Positions 1 to 10,738 of a stretch of DNA of 64,000 nucleotides are shown piece after piece (positions within the stretch are counted from its first letter, which is position 1; each line of letters starts with the position of its first letter). A program made the translations under genes and the position numbers. Under the pieces are notes generated by a model, which worked only from the letters and a program-made list of their open reading frames with translations, was not told the origin of the DNA and ran no database searches. The stretch covers positions 4,160,001 to 4,224,000 of the forward strand of contig OY829846.1 of NCBI GenBank assembly GCA_963691875.1. The letters run 5' to 3'. Origin of the DNA: Aureliella sp. (GTDB lineage Bacteria; Planctomycetota; Planctomycetia; Pirellulales; Pirellulaceae).

Positions 1-1920
1 ATCTACGGCGCTCAGCAAGATAATTCGACGGTGCGAATCTACCATCGCACTGGCACAGGGAGCATCAGCGAATCTGCTTGGGAATCCACCGCAGGTGGCG
101 AGAGTGGTCATATTGCCCCAGATCCAACCAATCCTGAGATCGTCTACGGCGGGTCCTACGGCGGATATCTAACTCGATTAAATCACACGACAGGCGAGAG
201 CCGCAACATTCACGTTTGGCCCGACAACCCGATGGGCAGCGGGGCTGGGGCGAACAAGTATCGCTTTCAATGGAACTTCCCGATCTTCTTCTCGCCGCAC
301 GATCCGAAGACGTTGTACACGGCGGCCAACGTCTTGTTCAAGACGACCGACGAAGGACAGAGCTGGCAACAGATCAGTCCCGATCTCACTCGCAACGAAC
401 GCAAGCGATTGGGCTCTTCCGGCGGACCGATCACTCAGGACAACACCAGCGTCGAGTACTACTGCACGATATTCGCCGCTATCGAATCACCTCACGAAGC
501 AGGAGTGCTTTGGACCGGCAGTGACGATGGCTTGATTCAGATTTCTAAAGACAGTGGCAAGACTTGGAGTGATGTCACTCCAACCGATCTTCCCGAGTGG
601 AGTCAAATCAATTCCATCGAAGCCCACCCCACTGAAGCGGGCGGACTGTACGTCGCTGCGACTCGCTACAAGAGCGATGACTTCAAACCTTACTTGTTCA
701 AGACACTCGACTACGGCAAGACCTGGACCAAGATCACCAGCGGAATTGATCCCAAGCACTTCACACGCGTGATTCGTGCGGATGCTGGGCGTGAAGGTCT
801 GCTGTATGCAGGCACAGAGTCTGGCATGTACGTCTCATTCAACGATGGCGAATCTTGGCAGCCGTTTCAGTTGAATCTACCCGTCGTGCCAATTACCGAT
901 CTGGCGATCAAGGATGACGATCTGATCGTTGCTACCCAAGGGCGCTCGTTCTGGATCCTCGATGATCTCACTCTGTTGCATCAAATGAACGAAGGCTTGC
1001 TGGAAAAATCGGTTCACTTGTTTGAGGCATCGCCCACCATTCGAGTTCGCGGTCGCTTCGGTCGCGGTGGTACGAATCCATCCGGCCAAGGCATCCGTCC
1101 GGGTGCAAACTTTTTCTTGATGGTGAACGAGTTACCCAAGAAGGACGTGTTGATGACCCTGGATTTCCTTGATGCAGATGGGAAGCTTGTTCGTCGCTAC
1201 TCGACCAAACCTGCAAAGGAATCTGAAGAGCGCCCCTTGAAGCTAAAGGAAGGATTGAATTCGTTCAATTGGGACACTCGCTATCCCGACGCGAAGTCCT
1301 TTCCTGGATTGGTGATGTGGAGTGGTAGCACGCGTGGACCTCGAGCGGCTCCTGGCACGTACCAAACGAAGCTGACGATCGGTGAAGAGAGCCAAGTCGT
1401 AGAATTTGAGATCCAGCCCGATCCACGAACGACGGCGACTCAGGAAGATTTCGATCTGCAGTTCCAGTTCTTGATGGAAGTTCGCGACAAGCTATCGGAA
1501 ACGCACGAAGCGATTACTCAGATTCGTGACCTTCGAACTCAAATTGAGATCTACACCAAAAGATTGATGAAGGGTTCGGAGAAAGCGAAAGGCAAGGGCT
1601 TTCCGAAGCTTCTCGAGCAGGCTGATTCAATCGTCAAGCAAATGACGGAGATCGAACAAGTTCTCTATCAAACCAAGAATCGCAGCGGTCAAGATCCATT
1701 AAACTTCCCGATACGTCTGAACGACAAGTTGAGCGGTGTTGCCAGTGTCGCATCGACAGGTGACTTCCGTCCGACGGCTCAAGCTATCGCGGTTCGCAAT
1801 GAACTAGTCAAGCAGATCGACGAGCAACTGAAGAAGCTGGAAACGATAGTCAATAAAGACGTTCGAGCTCTCAATGAGGCAATTTTGAAGAGCCAAGTGC
1901 CAGCGATTTTTGTGGACTAG
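1..1920 (+). CDS. VPS10/sortilin-like BNR-repeat glycosyl hydrolase (5' truncated by window edge)
   Basis: Frame open from base 1 (IYGAQQDNST...). Multiple Asp-box repeats (TTDEGQSW, SKDSGKTW, TLDYGKTW, SFNDGESW), C-terminal Ig-like region and helical tail typical of this family. Confidence 0.85.
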   Translation: MYGAQQDNSTVRIYHRTGTGSISESAWESTAGGESGHIAPDPTNPEIVYGGSYGGYLTRLNHTTGESRNIHVWPDNPMGSGAGANKYRFQWNFPIFFSPHDPKTLYTAANVLFKTTDEGQSWQQISPDLTRNERKRLGSSGGPITQDNTSVEYYCTIFAAIESPHEAGVLWTGSDDGLIQISKDSGKTWSDVTPTDLPEWSQINSIEAHPTEAGGLYVAATRYKSDDFKPYLFKTLDYGKTWTKITSGIDPKHFTRVIRADAGREGLLYAGTESGMYVSFNDGESWQPFQLNLPVVPITDLAIKDDDLIVATQGRSFWILDDLTLLHQMNEGLLEKSVHLFEASPTIRVRGRFGRGGTNPSGQGIRPGANFFLMVNELPKKDVLMTLDFLDADGKLVRRYSTKPAKESEERPLKLKEGLNSFNWDTRYPDAKSFPGLVMWSGSTRGPRAAPGTYQTKLTIGEESQVVEFEIQPDPRTTATQEDFDLQFQFLMEVRDKLSETHEAITQIRDLRTQIEIYTKRLMKGSEKAKGKGFPKLLEQADSIVKQMTEIEQVLYQTKNRSGQDPLNFPIRLNDKLSGVASVASTGDFRPTAQAIAVRNELVKQIDEQLKKLETIVNKDVRALNEAILKSQVPAIFVD

Positions 1921-2043
1921 CTTCATAATTGGAATGCAGGCTTTGGGCTGCTTGGCTTCGGATCGTCAAAGTAAGCCGGCGGCTGCGGCAGCGGCTGGGC
2001 GTGAAAAAATCCAGCCTAGCCGAATCGAATCCAGTGAAGGCTG

Positions 2044-3801
2044 CTACTTTGCCGCTTTCTTTAGGTGTTCCGCGGCCCACTCCGCAGCAACACCGATCTC
2101 GGTGGGTTCTCCAACGACTTCAGGGAAGTCGTTGATGAGGTCTACTGTTCCTATTCGGCTAATGCTAATCGCAGAAGCATATCGAACGGTGTCTGCCTCA
2201 GGGTTGAGCCCGTCATCAGTTAAGCGTTTGACTAATGCGGCTGCGAGCTTAGCGTTTTTCTCCTGCTCCCAGATTAAGCCCAGAGCGTAGACGGCACTGG
2301 TGCGTGTGATGGTCCGCATTTTTTGGTCGTTCTTGGGAACATAGAGTTCAAACATTCCGCTGGCGGTTTTGTAGCGGTTGACGCCAAGTGCTTCGAAGAG
2401 AAAAGAAGCAGCAAGCACTTGAGGAAAAGTCAAAGGGTCTTCGCGGCGAATGCGTTCTGTGAAACTTTGGCAGTATTTAAGAATCGAATCAAGCGACTCG
2501 GGTGTTTGATCCAGCTCTTGCATGGCCCAAGAGGCCCAGAGACGGACTTCAGGCCGAGGGTGATCCAGAAACTGCAGTAGAGAGTCAACGCGACTACTGT
2601 CGTTCAGAAACAGGCAAAGCCGAATTGCCTGTTCGATTCCTTCCCAGCGATCCGATTTCAAGTGATGCGATACGATTTCGTCAACAGTTTCGCGCAGCCC
2701 TGGATTCTGAGACTTCTCTTCAAGCTGCAAACGCGCCTGTTCGCGGATTGATGGAATCGAATCGCTCATTGCGATGGCTTGTCGATTCACATGCTTGATT
2801 GTGTCGGACTGCTGAAGAGTACCGAGCGCCGCACGCCGTATCTCGGCTTGTGGGTCTTCAATGAGATCCGCAGCCAACGTTAAGCCTCGTTCTTGATCGG
2901 CGGCGGCAATGATTCGGAAGGCGACTAAACGGGCGGGCTTCGACTTGCCACTGAGGATTGACTCAGCGATCGAAGTTGCATTGGGTGATCGATGTTTGGC
3001 GAGAATGTTTGCCGCCAGCAGATCACCAAGGCCAGAATTTTCTCGAATGTCGAAGGCAGACGCCTCAAGCCCTTCGGAGATGACGTTTCCAAGTGCTTTT
3101 GCACTCGCAAGCCTTATTGGCAAAGGTGTTCCGTTGCCAAATAAGATGTTCTCTAACACGACTTTATCGGTACTGTCACCAGTGGCGCCAATTCCATCAA
3201 TCGCGGTAAGCTGGTCCGTTAGATCGCCACTTTTGCTCTTAAGTCTCTCGCGCCAGCGCTGAAGAGCTACTTTGCTTTTCCATTTCACCAGAGTTGGCTC
3301 GGCTGCTCGACTTAGCATCGAGTCTGTTTCAACCTTACTCCAGACAGACTCTGCCTCATCCAAACCTTCGGTCAGCGTAGTAGCGGCGGAGAGAGCCGCA
3401 AGCCTGGCGGGACGAGGAATTTGGCCCTGCATCCAGCTATCCAGTTGCTGCAGTACGACTTCGAGGGCTTCCGAGCGATTCTGAAAACCAAACTTTGCGT
3501 CAAGCACAATTTGTTGCATCCTGGCAACGCTCTGCTCCATGTCTTCTGATAGGATGGCTTCTAAGTCAATGCGTCTTGGGCCTCGCCCAAATGGAATGCC
3601 CCACAATACACCGGTGTTCGGATCCACTTCCCAACGGCTTTGTAGAGGTCTTGTAGGAGTTTGCTTGTTAGTCGCAATATTTTGAGCAAAGACTCGCTCT
3701 ACGCTCGGAATCAAAGCTGTAGCGAACAGGACGACCGACAGCATACGTCCTGAGGCTGAAAGTAACTTTCGTTGATGGAGAGATGCCTGCATCGAATTCA
3801 C
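2044..3801 (-). CDS. HEAT-repeat protein, probably exported; last gene of ABC operon
   Basis: HEAT-like motifs (DPQAEIRRAALGTL, HPRPEVRLWASWAM, VRYASAISISRIG); N-terminal hydrophobic segment; abuts the permease stop codon. Confidence 0.7.
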   Translation of the reverse strand: MNSMQASLHQRKLLSASGRMLSVVLFATALIPSVERVFAQNIATNKQTPTRPLQSRWEVDPNTGVLWGIPFGRGPRRIDLEAILSEDMEQSVARMQQIVLDAKFGFQNRSEALEVVLQQLDSWMQGQIPRPARLAALSAATTLTEGLDEAESVWSKVETDSMLSRAAEPTLVKWKSKVALQRWRERLKSKSGDLTDQLTAIDGIGATGDSTDKVVLENILFGNGTPLPIRLASAKALGNVISEGLEASAFDIRENSGLGDLLAANILAKHRSPNATSIAESILSGKSKPARLVAFRIIAAADQERGLTLAADLIEDPQAEIRRAALGTLQQSDTIKHVNRQAIAMSDSIPSIREQARLQLEEKSQNPGLRETVDEIVSHHLKSDRWEGIEQAIRLCLFLNDSSRVDSLLQFLDHPRPEVRLWASWAMQELDQTPESLDSILKYCQSFTERIRREDPLTFPQVLAASFLFEALGVNRYKTASGMFELYVPKNDQKMRTITRTSAVYALGLIWEQEKNAKLAAALVKRLTDDGLNPEADTVRYASAISISRIGTVDLINDFPEVVGEPTEIGVAAEWAAEHLKKAAK

Positions 3802-5463
3802 CTAATCCGGCTTGGTCATTCGCCAGATGCGAACGGAAAGTATGAGCATACAGCCGAGCGAAATTCCGCCACCGACCCACCAAGCAGCAGGTGTTAGGTT
3901 GTAGAGTTCGAATCCCGGTGAGTTCATCTCACTGAGAGCTGCTGCGGCAGGGTTAAAAGTCAGTACACGTTCGACGAAGATCGGCCCAAACGGCCGACCT
4001 CTGGCTAGCCATACCAACAAGGTGCCGGCAAAGATCGTGAGCAGGGTTCCGTAAGCGCTGGCGGTTGCCGCTGCGGTCGCTCTCGCAAACGAACTGATGC
4101 AAGCACTGATCGAAACCACCATCGCTACGGCCACCAGCAACGAGATGATGACGTTGCCAACTTGGCCGCTCATCGCCGGCTGAATGAAGCTCATCACTGC
4201 GTAACCAGGCACGGTCGCCAGCAGGACCAGCAGCATAGTCCAGACGACACTCATGACTTTGCCGATCATCACACGGATAGGAGAAATCGGAGTCGACCTG
4301 AGAATCTGCCACCCACCTGATTCGACCTCCGATGCAATTAAGTTTGCTCCAAGACTTGGACCCACCAAAAGCATCAAGGCTACTTGCATCAAGACCATCG
4401 GTCCTGCAATCTTGTCCACTCCCCAGTCGGTAGCGCCAACTGCAGCCAGCACAGTTAGCATGAGCGAGATGATTGCACAGATGGCGACCAAACGAATCAA
4501 CCAATGCAGACGGCCGAACTTTCGAGTTCGAAACTCCTTGACCATGATAGGGTTCAGCCAGAACGGAATTCCCGACTTGCGGCGATTCGGGTCAACCAAA
4601 TAGGCGATACGTCGCAGGAAGCTCTTCTTGGTGGTCACGCCAACTACTTTGCCGGTTGGTCGTGCGCGATCGAGCAGCACTGGATCTAATTTGCGGACAG
4701 TGACGATTGCCAAGGCTGCTGTTACGATCGCACTTAAAATGCAAAACTCGAACCAACCGGTTCGAATGCCAATGGAGGCTGCAACTGCTTCGTAGCCCGT
4801 AATCTGAAACAAAGCAGACATCGGGGAAGACGCTGTCATCCATCGCGCGACGGTTGCGTAAACCCCAGCAATATCTCCCGTCAGGACGATTGGCCCGAGT
4901 GACAACACCGTCAAAGCAAGAACAGCTGCGTAGGTCCAGCGTAAACTCGCATCGGAGGAGGTGGATCGCACGCTGATCCACAAACCAATCGCCGAGTATT
5001 GAACGGCCATGACGACCAGCACAATTGCGAGTGGTCCCAAGTGATCCTTGACCGATACTCCTCCCATCGCAAAACAAGCAGCCAGTGCTGGCATGCTGAC
5101 TGAGATCAGAATGAGCGAAAGAGTCACGTTGCTAAGTAACTTGCCGAGATAAATCTTCCAGGGTGTCGTCGGAGAGTTTAGCAGCAACGTCAGCGTTCCC
5201 TTCTTGCGTTCTGCGACAAGCGAAGTCGCGGGGAACGCCGGCACCAGCATCATGACGGCAAGCGTCAGTGCGAAAGCCAATGGCCGAAAGACTAGCATTG
5301 CACCTTGGCTAATCACATCCACTGTGTTGTCGGACGGCCAACGCAAGAGTACCAAACCACTACTGATGATTGCTACGGCCAGGATCGCGGCCAGCGTCTT
5401 CCAGGAACGCAGACGATCTAAAAGTTCACGTTGATAGAGCGGATTTTGCCAAAACAAGATCAT
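3802..5463 (-). CDS. ABC-2 type transporter permease with two fused permease domains
   Basis: Two repeats starting NPLYQRELL / NPIMVKEFR, each with an ERxxGT/GW-LLxxSP motif; about 12 hydrophobic segments. Confidence 0.85.
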   Translation of the reverse strand: MILFWQNPLYQRELLDRLRSWKTLAAILAVAIISSGLVLLRWPSDNTVDVISQGAMLVFRPLAFALTLAVMMLVPAFPATSLVAERKKGTLTLLLNSPTTPWKIYLGKLLSNVTLSLILISVSMPALAACFAMGGVSVKDHLGPLAIVLVVMAVQYSAIGLWISVRSTSSDASLRWTYAAVLALTVLSLGPIVLTGDIAGVYATVARWMTASSPMSALFQITGYEAVAASIGIRTGWFEFCILSAIVTAALAIVTVRKLDPVLLDRARPTGKVVGVTTKKSFLRRIAYLVDPNRRKSGIPFWLNPIMVKEFRTRKFGRLHWLIRLVAICAIISLMLTVLAAVGATDWGVDKIAGPMVLMQVALMLLVGPSLGANLIASEVESGGWQILRSTPISPIRVMIGKVMSVVWTMLLVLLATVPGYAVMSFIQPAMSGQVGNVIISLLVAVAMVVSISACISSFARATAAATASAYGTLLTIFAGTLLVWLARGRPFGPIFVERVLTFNPAAAALSEMNSPGFELYNLTPAAWWVGGGISLGCMLILSVRIWRMTKPD

Positions 5464-5478
5464 TGCAATTCTCCGCTG

Positions 5479-6429
5479 TTACCCAGCCGCTACGGACAGG
5501 AAGGCATCTTCCAAGTCGCCAGCGACTTCACGAAACTGTGTCACGGAGATTTCAGATTGAACCAATTGCTGTAGGACTGCCGCAAGTTCCTCTTCAGTGT
5601 TAGAAGTGGGGAATCGCAGCACGCACTCTTGAGGCGACAGGGTCACTTTGTCGCGCTCGATCGTTTCCCCAATCAGATCAGCCGCCCTTTCCAAATCCTG
5701 ACTGTCCACTAACTCGACTTCGTAGCTTCGCACGGGACAAAGCTGACGCATCACCTCATCGAGCTCACCGAATGCCTTTAGCTTGCCTCCGGTGATGATG
5801 GCTACTGTGTCGCAGATACGTGCCAGCTCGGGAAGAATGTGACTTGTTACGATTAGCGTCTTTCCCTCTGCGGCCAAGCGAAGCAAGATCTCTCGCATCT
5901 CGATTCTTGCCTTGGGGTCCAAGCCGTTAGCTGGCTCATCGAGAATCAGGACTTGCGGATCATGCAACAAAGTCCGAGCTATTCCGACACGCTGTTGCAT
6001 CCCATGGCTCAAGCTCTCTACAAACTTGTCTTGCATGTAGCCGGAGTTGGTAACTTCGAGTACTTCTTCGATTCGCTGAGTGCGCTTCTTTCCGTAGATT
6101 CCAAATACGGCCGCGAAGAAATCTAAATACTCGCGCACTCGCATGTTGTCATAGGAACCGAAACGATCCGGCATGTAGCCAACCAAGTGCTTAATCTTGC
6201 CGGACTGCTGACTGCAGTCGACGCCAGCAATTGTGGCTCGTCCCGAAGTCGGCTTGGATAGTCCAACGAGAACTTTGATCGTCGTGGTCTTTCCGGCACC
6301 ATTGGGCCCGATGAAGCCCAAGATTTCCCCACGCTTCACATAAATAGACAGGTCCTCTAGTGCTGTGAATTCACCGTACCTTTTAGTCAAATTTTCGGTC
6401 TGAACGACTATTTCGTCACTGCTTGTCAT
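5479..6429 (-). CDS. ABC transporter ATP-binding protein
   Basis: Walker A GPNGAGKTT, signature LSHGMQQR, Walker B LILDEP, H-loop TSH. Start moved to ATG 6429 (MTSSDEIVV) to avoid overlap with the upstream gene. Confidence 0.93.
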   Translation of the reverse strand: MTSSDEIVVQTENLTKRYGEFTALEDLSIYVKRGEILGFIGPNGAGKTTTIKVLVGLSKPTSGRATIAGVDCSQQSGKIKHLVGYMPDRFGSYDNMRVREYLDFFAAVFGIYGKKRTQRIEEVLEVTNSGYMQDKFVESLSHGMQQRVGIARTLLHDPQVLILDEPANGLDPKARIEMREILLRLAAEGKTLIVTSHILPELARICDTVAIITGGKLKAFGELDEVMRQLCPVRSYEVELVDSQDLERAADLIGETIERDKVTLSPQECVLRFPTSNTEEELAAVLQQLVQSEISVTQFREVAGDLEDAFLSVAAG

Positions 6430-6493
6430 CAGTATTCTTTGCGAAAAGGATTCTTTTCGTGTGTTCGTTGTTGTATGAGCTGGCTTCTGGATT

Positions 6494-9004
6494 TTAGTCG
6501 GTGACCACTCGTCCACGATAGCTGGCTTCTAGATTGTTGACTTGCCAAGGAACCGAGCGGCTCGAACTTTGACCTTGCTTCAGATCTTTGCGGTCGCTGA
6601 CTTCAAGTACCAGATTCAGCATGCCATCCCTTGCAGCCTCAAGCACTCTTGGATCAGAAACACGAGCGCTCCAAGGTATCGAGGGCTCATTGAGGACTTG
6701 CGTGAACACCACTCCTTGTTCCGTCTCGATACGCAGTTGTACATCACGTTGCGGCGCCTCCATGTTCAGCATCAGGTCGAGATACTCGGCTTCGAAAGGT
6801 ACCAATTCCTTCGGCAACACAAGTTGCAGGTTGGCCGTGGCGGCGGAAGTCAGTTCACGAACCCACTCTCCAGTCTGACCATCAAAGGCTAAACTGCTTC
6901 CCAGGCGACTTTCATCATTCTGCAGTCGTACCAAGCCATGGGGTACGTCGATTAAGTCCTTTGGATTGGGACGCTGCAGCTCTACCGGCAAAGCAACAAG
7001 AGCCGAACCGCTTTCCTCAAGCTCCTTTGACCACTCAGGTGTTTCGGGCCAAATCTCAGTCCAGCCATACAGGACTTGTTCTAAGTATTGCTTGCGATCA
7101 CCGGGGGCAAAGAATTGCTTATATACTTCCAGCCGTCTTTGCTGTTCGGTCGAGATTAAAGTCCCTGCAATCCAGCGTCCATCTTTGGCAGTAAGGCTAG
7201 GGTCGACGCTGCGAGTCGCTCCCAAGCCACCGACTAACATCCGCCCTCCCAGGGTGTAGCTGAACACTGGATCTTCCAATGTGAAAGGTAACTCTGGCAG
7301 CTCAAGTCGCAGGCCACCGGAGTCAAGGATTGCTTTGACTTTGAGATCACCTGTCGGTACTCGAAACTGCGAGTTGTAGCGCCAGAATCCGGGCGGCCAA
7401 GTCGCATTGTTGAGTTGCCAATTCTGAAAACCAGTCTGTATTTGTCTTTGGACTCCGCTCTGTAGTTCTTCGTCGATTTGCACCGCTCCGTCCACCGAGC
7501 TGCTCAACTTCATCTGTCGGCCGGCCTTGAGATAGACAGCTGCTTGTTCGCGGACTATGGCTGACGCACCATCTTCTGCGACTTGGACTAATTGCAAACG
7601 CGAGACCGATTCTGGCTGATCCAGCCGAGTAAAACTGGTTGCAAGAATCATTCCGCCACTGAAAACAATAGCTAATGTCGGAATAGCAATTCCGATCGTT
7701 CGCAGGTCGCCTGCTCGCCAGCGCCAAACTCCCAGCACTAGAAGTAATAGACAGAAAATGGATAGTCCGGTTGCAATCCATTCTTTGGAAACAACGCGAC
7801 TTCCCATCAAGTCCAAGGGATAGGATGTTTCTGCATCAAGCGGCAACTTGCGAGTAGGCACATTGACTTCGAGCGCTAGTCGGCTCGCCCAGATCCGACT
7901 CGCGAAAGCTGATACTCCCATCGAATTTCCGCCCGGGTCGTTCGCCAGATCACGTGGTTCTACCCAAGCCGCGGGATCCAGCGTAGTCAACAAGATTTCG
8001 CCATACCCAAGGGACATCCAAATCGCGGCGGGCCATCCATCCACCTTGTGTGTCACCGTACCACCGCTCTGCAAGATACGTCGCATACGCAGAGGCTCTT
8101 CGGAACTCACAATTCGATCGCTTTCCGCGATCTGTGTCGAATCCCCGGTAACAGATACTGTAAAGTCTTGCAGGTCAACACCATCCACTTCTTCGCAAAG
8201 TTGGTTTGTGCCAAGCAAGGGACGAATCGCTGTGGGGGAAACTCGATCCAGCATCACCCAGAGCTTTCCACCCGCTTCCACAAAAGATCGGAGTGAGTCG
8301 ACAAATGCCAGATCTTGCAACTTGGATTCATCAGCTACCACGGCACTTTTCAATACCGACCAGTCGAATTGATGAATCGGTAATGGGCTTGAGCCCATAT
8401 TGGCGACTCGTCGCGGTGTGCCCGAGTCAATTCTCGTTGCAATCGCCCACTCGTAGCTCATTAAAGGATGAGACTGAGGCCAATACCAGCTCGGAACTGG
8501 CAACTCTTCTTCATCCATGAAAAATGCTGCAAAGTTTGCTTCCTTCTCGACGTCCAGAGTGAATCTGTACTCGGCAAGCTGACCAGCTCCTTGAATCATC
8601 TCAGTTCCGCTTGAGTCTTCGTAGAGTCGCGTGACGATGTCGACCGATTCCTGGTTTGCGACTGTTTGGGGGATGTTGAGAAACAGATCGACGTCGCGAG
8701 ACTGCCCAGGCTCCAACGCTAATCGCCTCGCGCCTTGACGATCCGGAATCCCATCGACAATTGCAACGATTATCCCTTCACCACGACTTTTTGTCGGATT
8801 CGAAACCTTCGCTTGAATGAGCAAAACTGCCCCAGGGATAATGCGGCTGTGTGCCAAGCGATTAACACCTTCGAGCTTCAGCCCCTGTGCACTCGCATCT
8901 GGAGATAGAGAGCAAATAGACAGAACAGCACAAAGCAGCGTAATTGGATTGCACTGCCCGAAAGAAGGGGCCGAAGTTGCGAAGCTCGTGTTCACAATAA
9001 TCAA
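6494..9004 (-). CDS. Large membrane-anchored hypothetical protein (ABC accessory subunit)
   Basis: 836-aa ORF with signal-like N-terminus and two central TM helices; GAGGAG RBS upstream of the TTG start; first gene of the ABC operon. Confidence 0.7.
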   Translation of the reverse strand: MIIVNTSFATSAPSFGQCNPITLLCAVLSICSLSPDASAQGLKLEGVNRLAHSRIIPGAVLLIQAKVSNPTKSRGEGIIVAIVDGIPDRQGARRLALEPGQSRDVDLFLNIPQTVANQESVDIVTRLYEDSSGTEMIQGAGQLAEYRFTLDVEKEANFAAFFMDEEELPVPSWYWPQSHPLMSYEWAIATRIDSGTPRRVANMGSSPLPIHQFDWSVLKSAVVADESKLQDLAFVDSLRSFVEAGGKLWVMLDRVSPTAIRPLLGTNQLCEEVDGVDLQDFTVSVTGDSTQIAESDRIVSSEEPLRMRRILQSGGTVTHKVDGWPAAIWMSLGYGEILLTTLDPAAWVEPRDLANDPGGNSMGVSAFASRIWASRLALEVNVPTRKLPLDAETSYPLDLMGSRVVSKEWIATGLSIFCLLLLVLGVWRWRAGDLRTIGIAIPTLAIVFSGGMILATSFTRLDQPESVSRLQLVQVAEDGASAIVREQAAVYLKAGRQMKLSSSVDGAVQIDEELQSGVQRQIQTGFQNWQLNNATWPPGFWRYNSQFRVPTGDLKVKAILDSGGLRLELPELPFTLEDPVFSYTLGGRMLVGGLGATRSVDPSLTAKDGRWIAGTLISTEQQRRLEVYKQFFAPGDRKQYLEQVLYGWTEIWPETPEWSKELEESGSALVALPVELQRPNPKDLIDVPHGLVRLQNDESRLGSSLAFDGQTGEWVRELTSAATANLQLVLPKELVPFEAEYLDLMLNMEAPQRDVQLRIETEQGVVFTQVLNEPSIPWSARVSDPRVLEAARDGMLNLVLEVSDRKDLKQGQSSSRSVPWQVNNLEASYRGRVVTD

Positions 9005-9577
9005 AATGACTCCTCAGGGACCGCAAAAAGAGCCATCAGCCTAGGCCCCTGAGTAGCCAAAGTCCAGAGTACTCAACAAAGTGTTGTAAACGCTTGAATT
9101 TGGCGGTCGCAAACTTTGGTCGATCCTCCGGTGGTGTCAGGCCATACTGAATTTTATTATGGCTGGATTTACCAGGGTTCACCCGCCACAGAGTTGCCAA
9201 GTGCTGGTAGGAAAATGCAGCCAGGTCATTGGATACTTTTGTTGCACTTCGTCCGCTATCCCTTAGCACTCGGATCACGCAGAGACAAGAAGGCAGCCTG
9301 TGTGGCTTCGGTCTCTCTTCGGTGGCTTCGTGTCCTAATGCGCCACCCACTCGTCTTTTACCGAAGACGACGGTAGTAAGGGATCAACGGCCAGTGGAAT
9401 CCACTGAAGCTAGCTTTCGAAGCCAACCTTCTTGTTCGATATTACATTGTTGCAAACATGAGAAACATCCTGAGAGATCGAAGGTTACTTAGGTCTGTGA
9501 GTGGTGGCCTACTTGCGGGTGAACCAGAATGCAAATTGGATTCCAGTTCCTGCTGACTCTTTCGTAGCGACATCACA

Positions 9578-10573
9578 ATGAGATTGATTTCCGCCGTTCT
9601 GCTGCTATGTACTTGTAGTGTTCTTCATGCCGATACGAATGTTCGAACCATCGATTCAGGACACATTTTTATCGATGGAGTGTATCTGCCACCGCCGTAT
9701 CGAATTGAGCAGCTAAGTGTTGGCCTTCGGGTCAACCAGAAATCGGTGATTCCATTTGGGGTAGGGGCTGGTGGAGGAAAATCCAAGTGGCGTCAGCGTG
9801 GTGGTGGCAGACTGGAGCGCAACGATCACATTGGACCTCCTCCTTCGACGGACCGTGTTGCAGTCCAAACGGTGCTGCGGCAGCTTGAAAAAAACGCGAT
9901 TCTCGTGAGCTTCCGAAAGAGCACACCGGTGGTCCTTTCAGTGCCGTCGGACAAGGCAGACTTCGGGCGTTTGCTATTATCTGAAGATCGAAGTGGTTGG
10001 TCTTCGGCCTTACAGCACATCGCTATCTATCGCGATAAATCTCGGTGGCAAAAGTTTCTTACCACATTTAAGCCAAACAAAGAACTGGCTGGTCAGCTGC
10101 AAGTATTTGTCGATGAGGTCGATCAGATCGAGATTGATAATCGTAATCGCAATGCTGCGGTGCAAAGGCTGGAGTCGATGGATTACCCACTGACTGTGAT
10201 TGGGATGCTTCTCGGTGTCGTAGCTTTGGGCATCAATCTTCAGTGGTCGGCGGCTGGAATCGGGGAAGAACAGGGCACCAAGTTTCACACCTCAGCAATT
10301 TGGCTGATCTTGGGAATGTCAGTGCTTGATCTAACCTGGACGATCCTTTCTTCGCAGGCAGGCCAGATGAGTGAGATGAACCCCATGGCATCGAAGATCA
10401 TTGATTCGCCTTGGAAACTGGTTGTTTTCAAGTCGACCACCACATTGGGAGCTTGCGGAATCCTCTATCATTGGAGGCATCTTGGCAAGATTCAGCAAGC
10501 AGCTTGGTGGGCCACTTTGATATGCGTTCTTCTGACTTTTCGATGGATCATGATGGGGTCTTTCATGGTCTAA
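9578..10573 (+). CDS. DUF5658-like membrane protein with N-terminal exported domain
   Basis: Signal peptide; C-terminal motif LDLTWT...EMNPMA...VFK resembling DUF5658; four TM segments. Confidence 0.65.
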   Translation: MRLISAVLLLCTCSVLHADTNVRTIDSGHIFIDGVYLPPPYRIEQLSVGLRVNQKSVIPFGVGAGGGKSKWRQRGGGRLERNDHIGPPPSTDRVAVQTVLRQLEKNAILVSFRKSTPVVLSVPSDKADFGRLLLSEDRSGWSSALQHIAIYRDKSRWQKFLTTFKPNKELAGQLQVFVDEVDQIEIDNRNRNAAVQRLESMDYPLTVIGMLLGVVALGINLQWSAAGIGEEQGTKFHTSAIWLILGMSVLDLTWTILSSQAGQMSEMNPMASKIIDSPWKLVVFKSTTTLGACGILYHWRHLGKIQQAAWWATLICVLLTFRWIMMGSFMV

Positions 10574-10738
10574 GTCCTCTGGTCGTGGCGGCGTATTCTG
10601 AGCCGCGTTCTGCGAGAGCTGGGTAGAATAGCCACAGATGAAACACGGGTCCAATACAGATAACTTCAATCAGTGTTTCGTTAGTGTCATATCTATGGCT
10701 GTTTCTATTCCCTGCTGCTCCTTACTCCTCAGCTCACG

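Noticed and set aside
9025..9100. Fluoride riboswitch (GCUGAUGGCUCU on the - strand resembles its 3' motif)
   Set aside because: The required 5' GAUGGxG segment and pseudoknot pairing were not found upstream. The same applies to a similar motif near 57540.
9220..9350. ORF 9036..9350 and the short repetitive motifs around it
   Set aside because: The translation looks like low-information intergenic or repeat sequence, and I found no second copy in the window to define a family.
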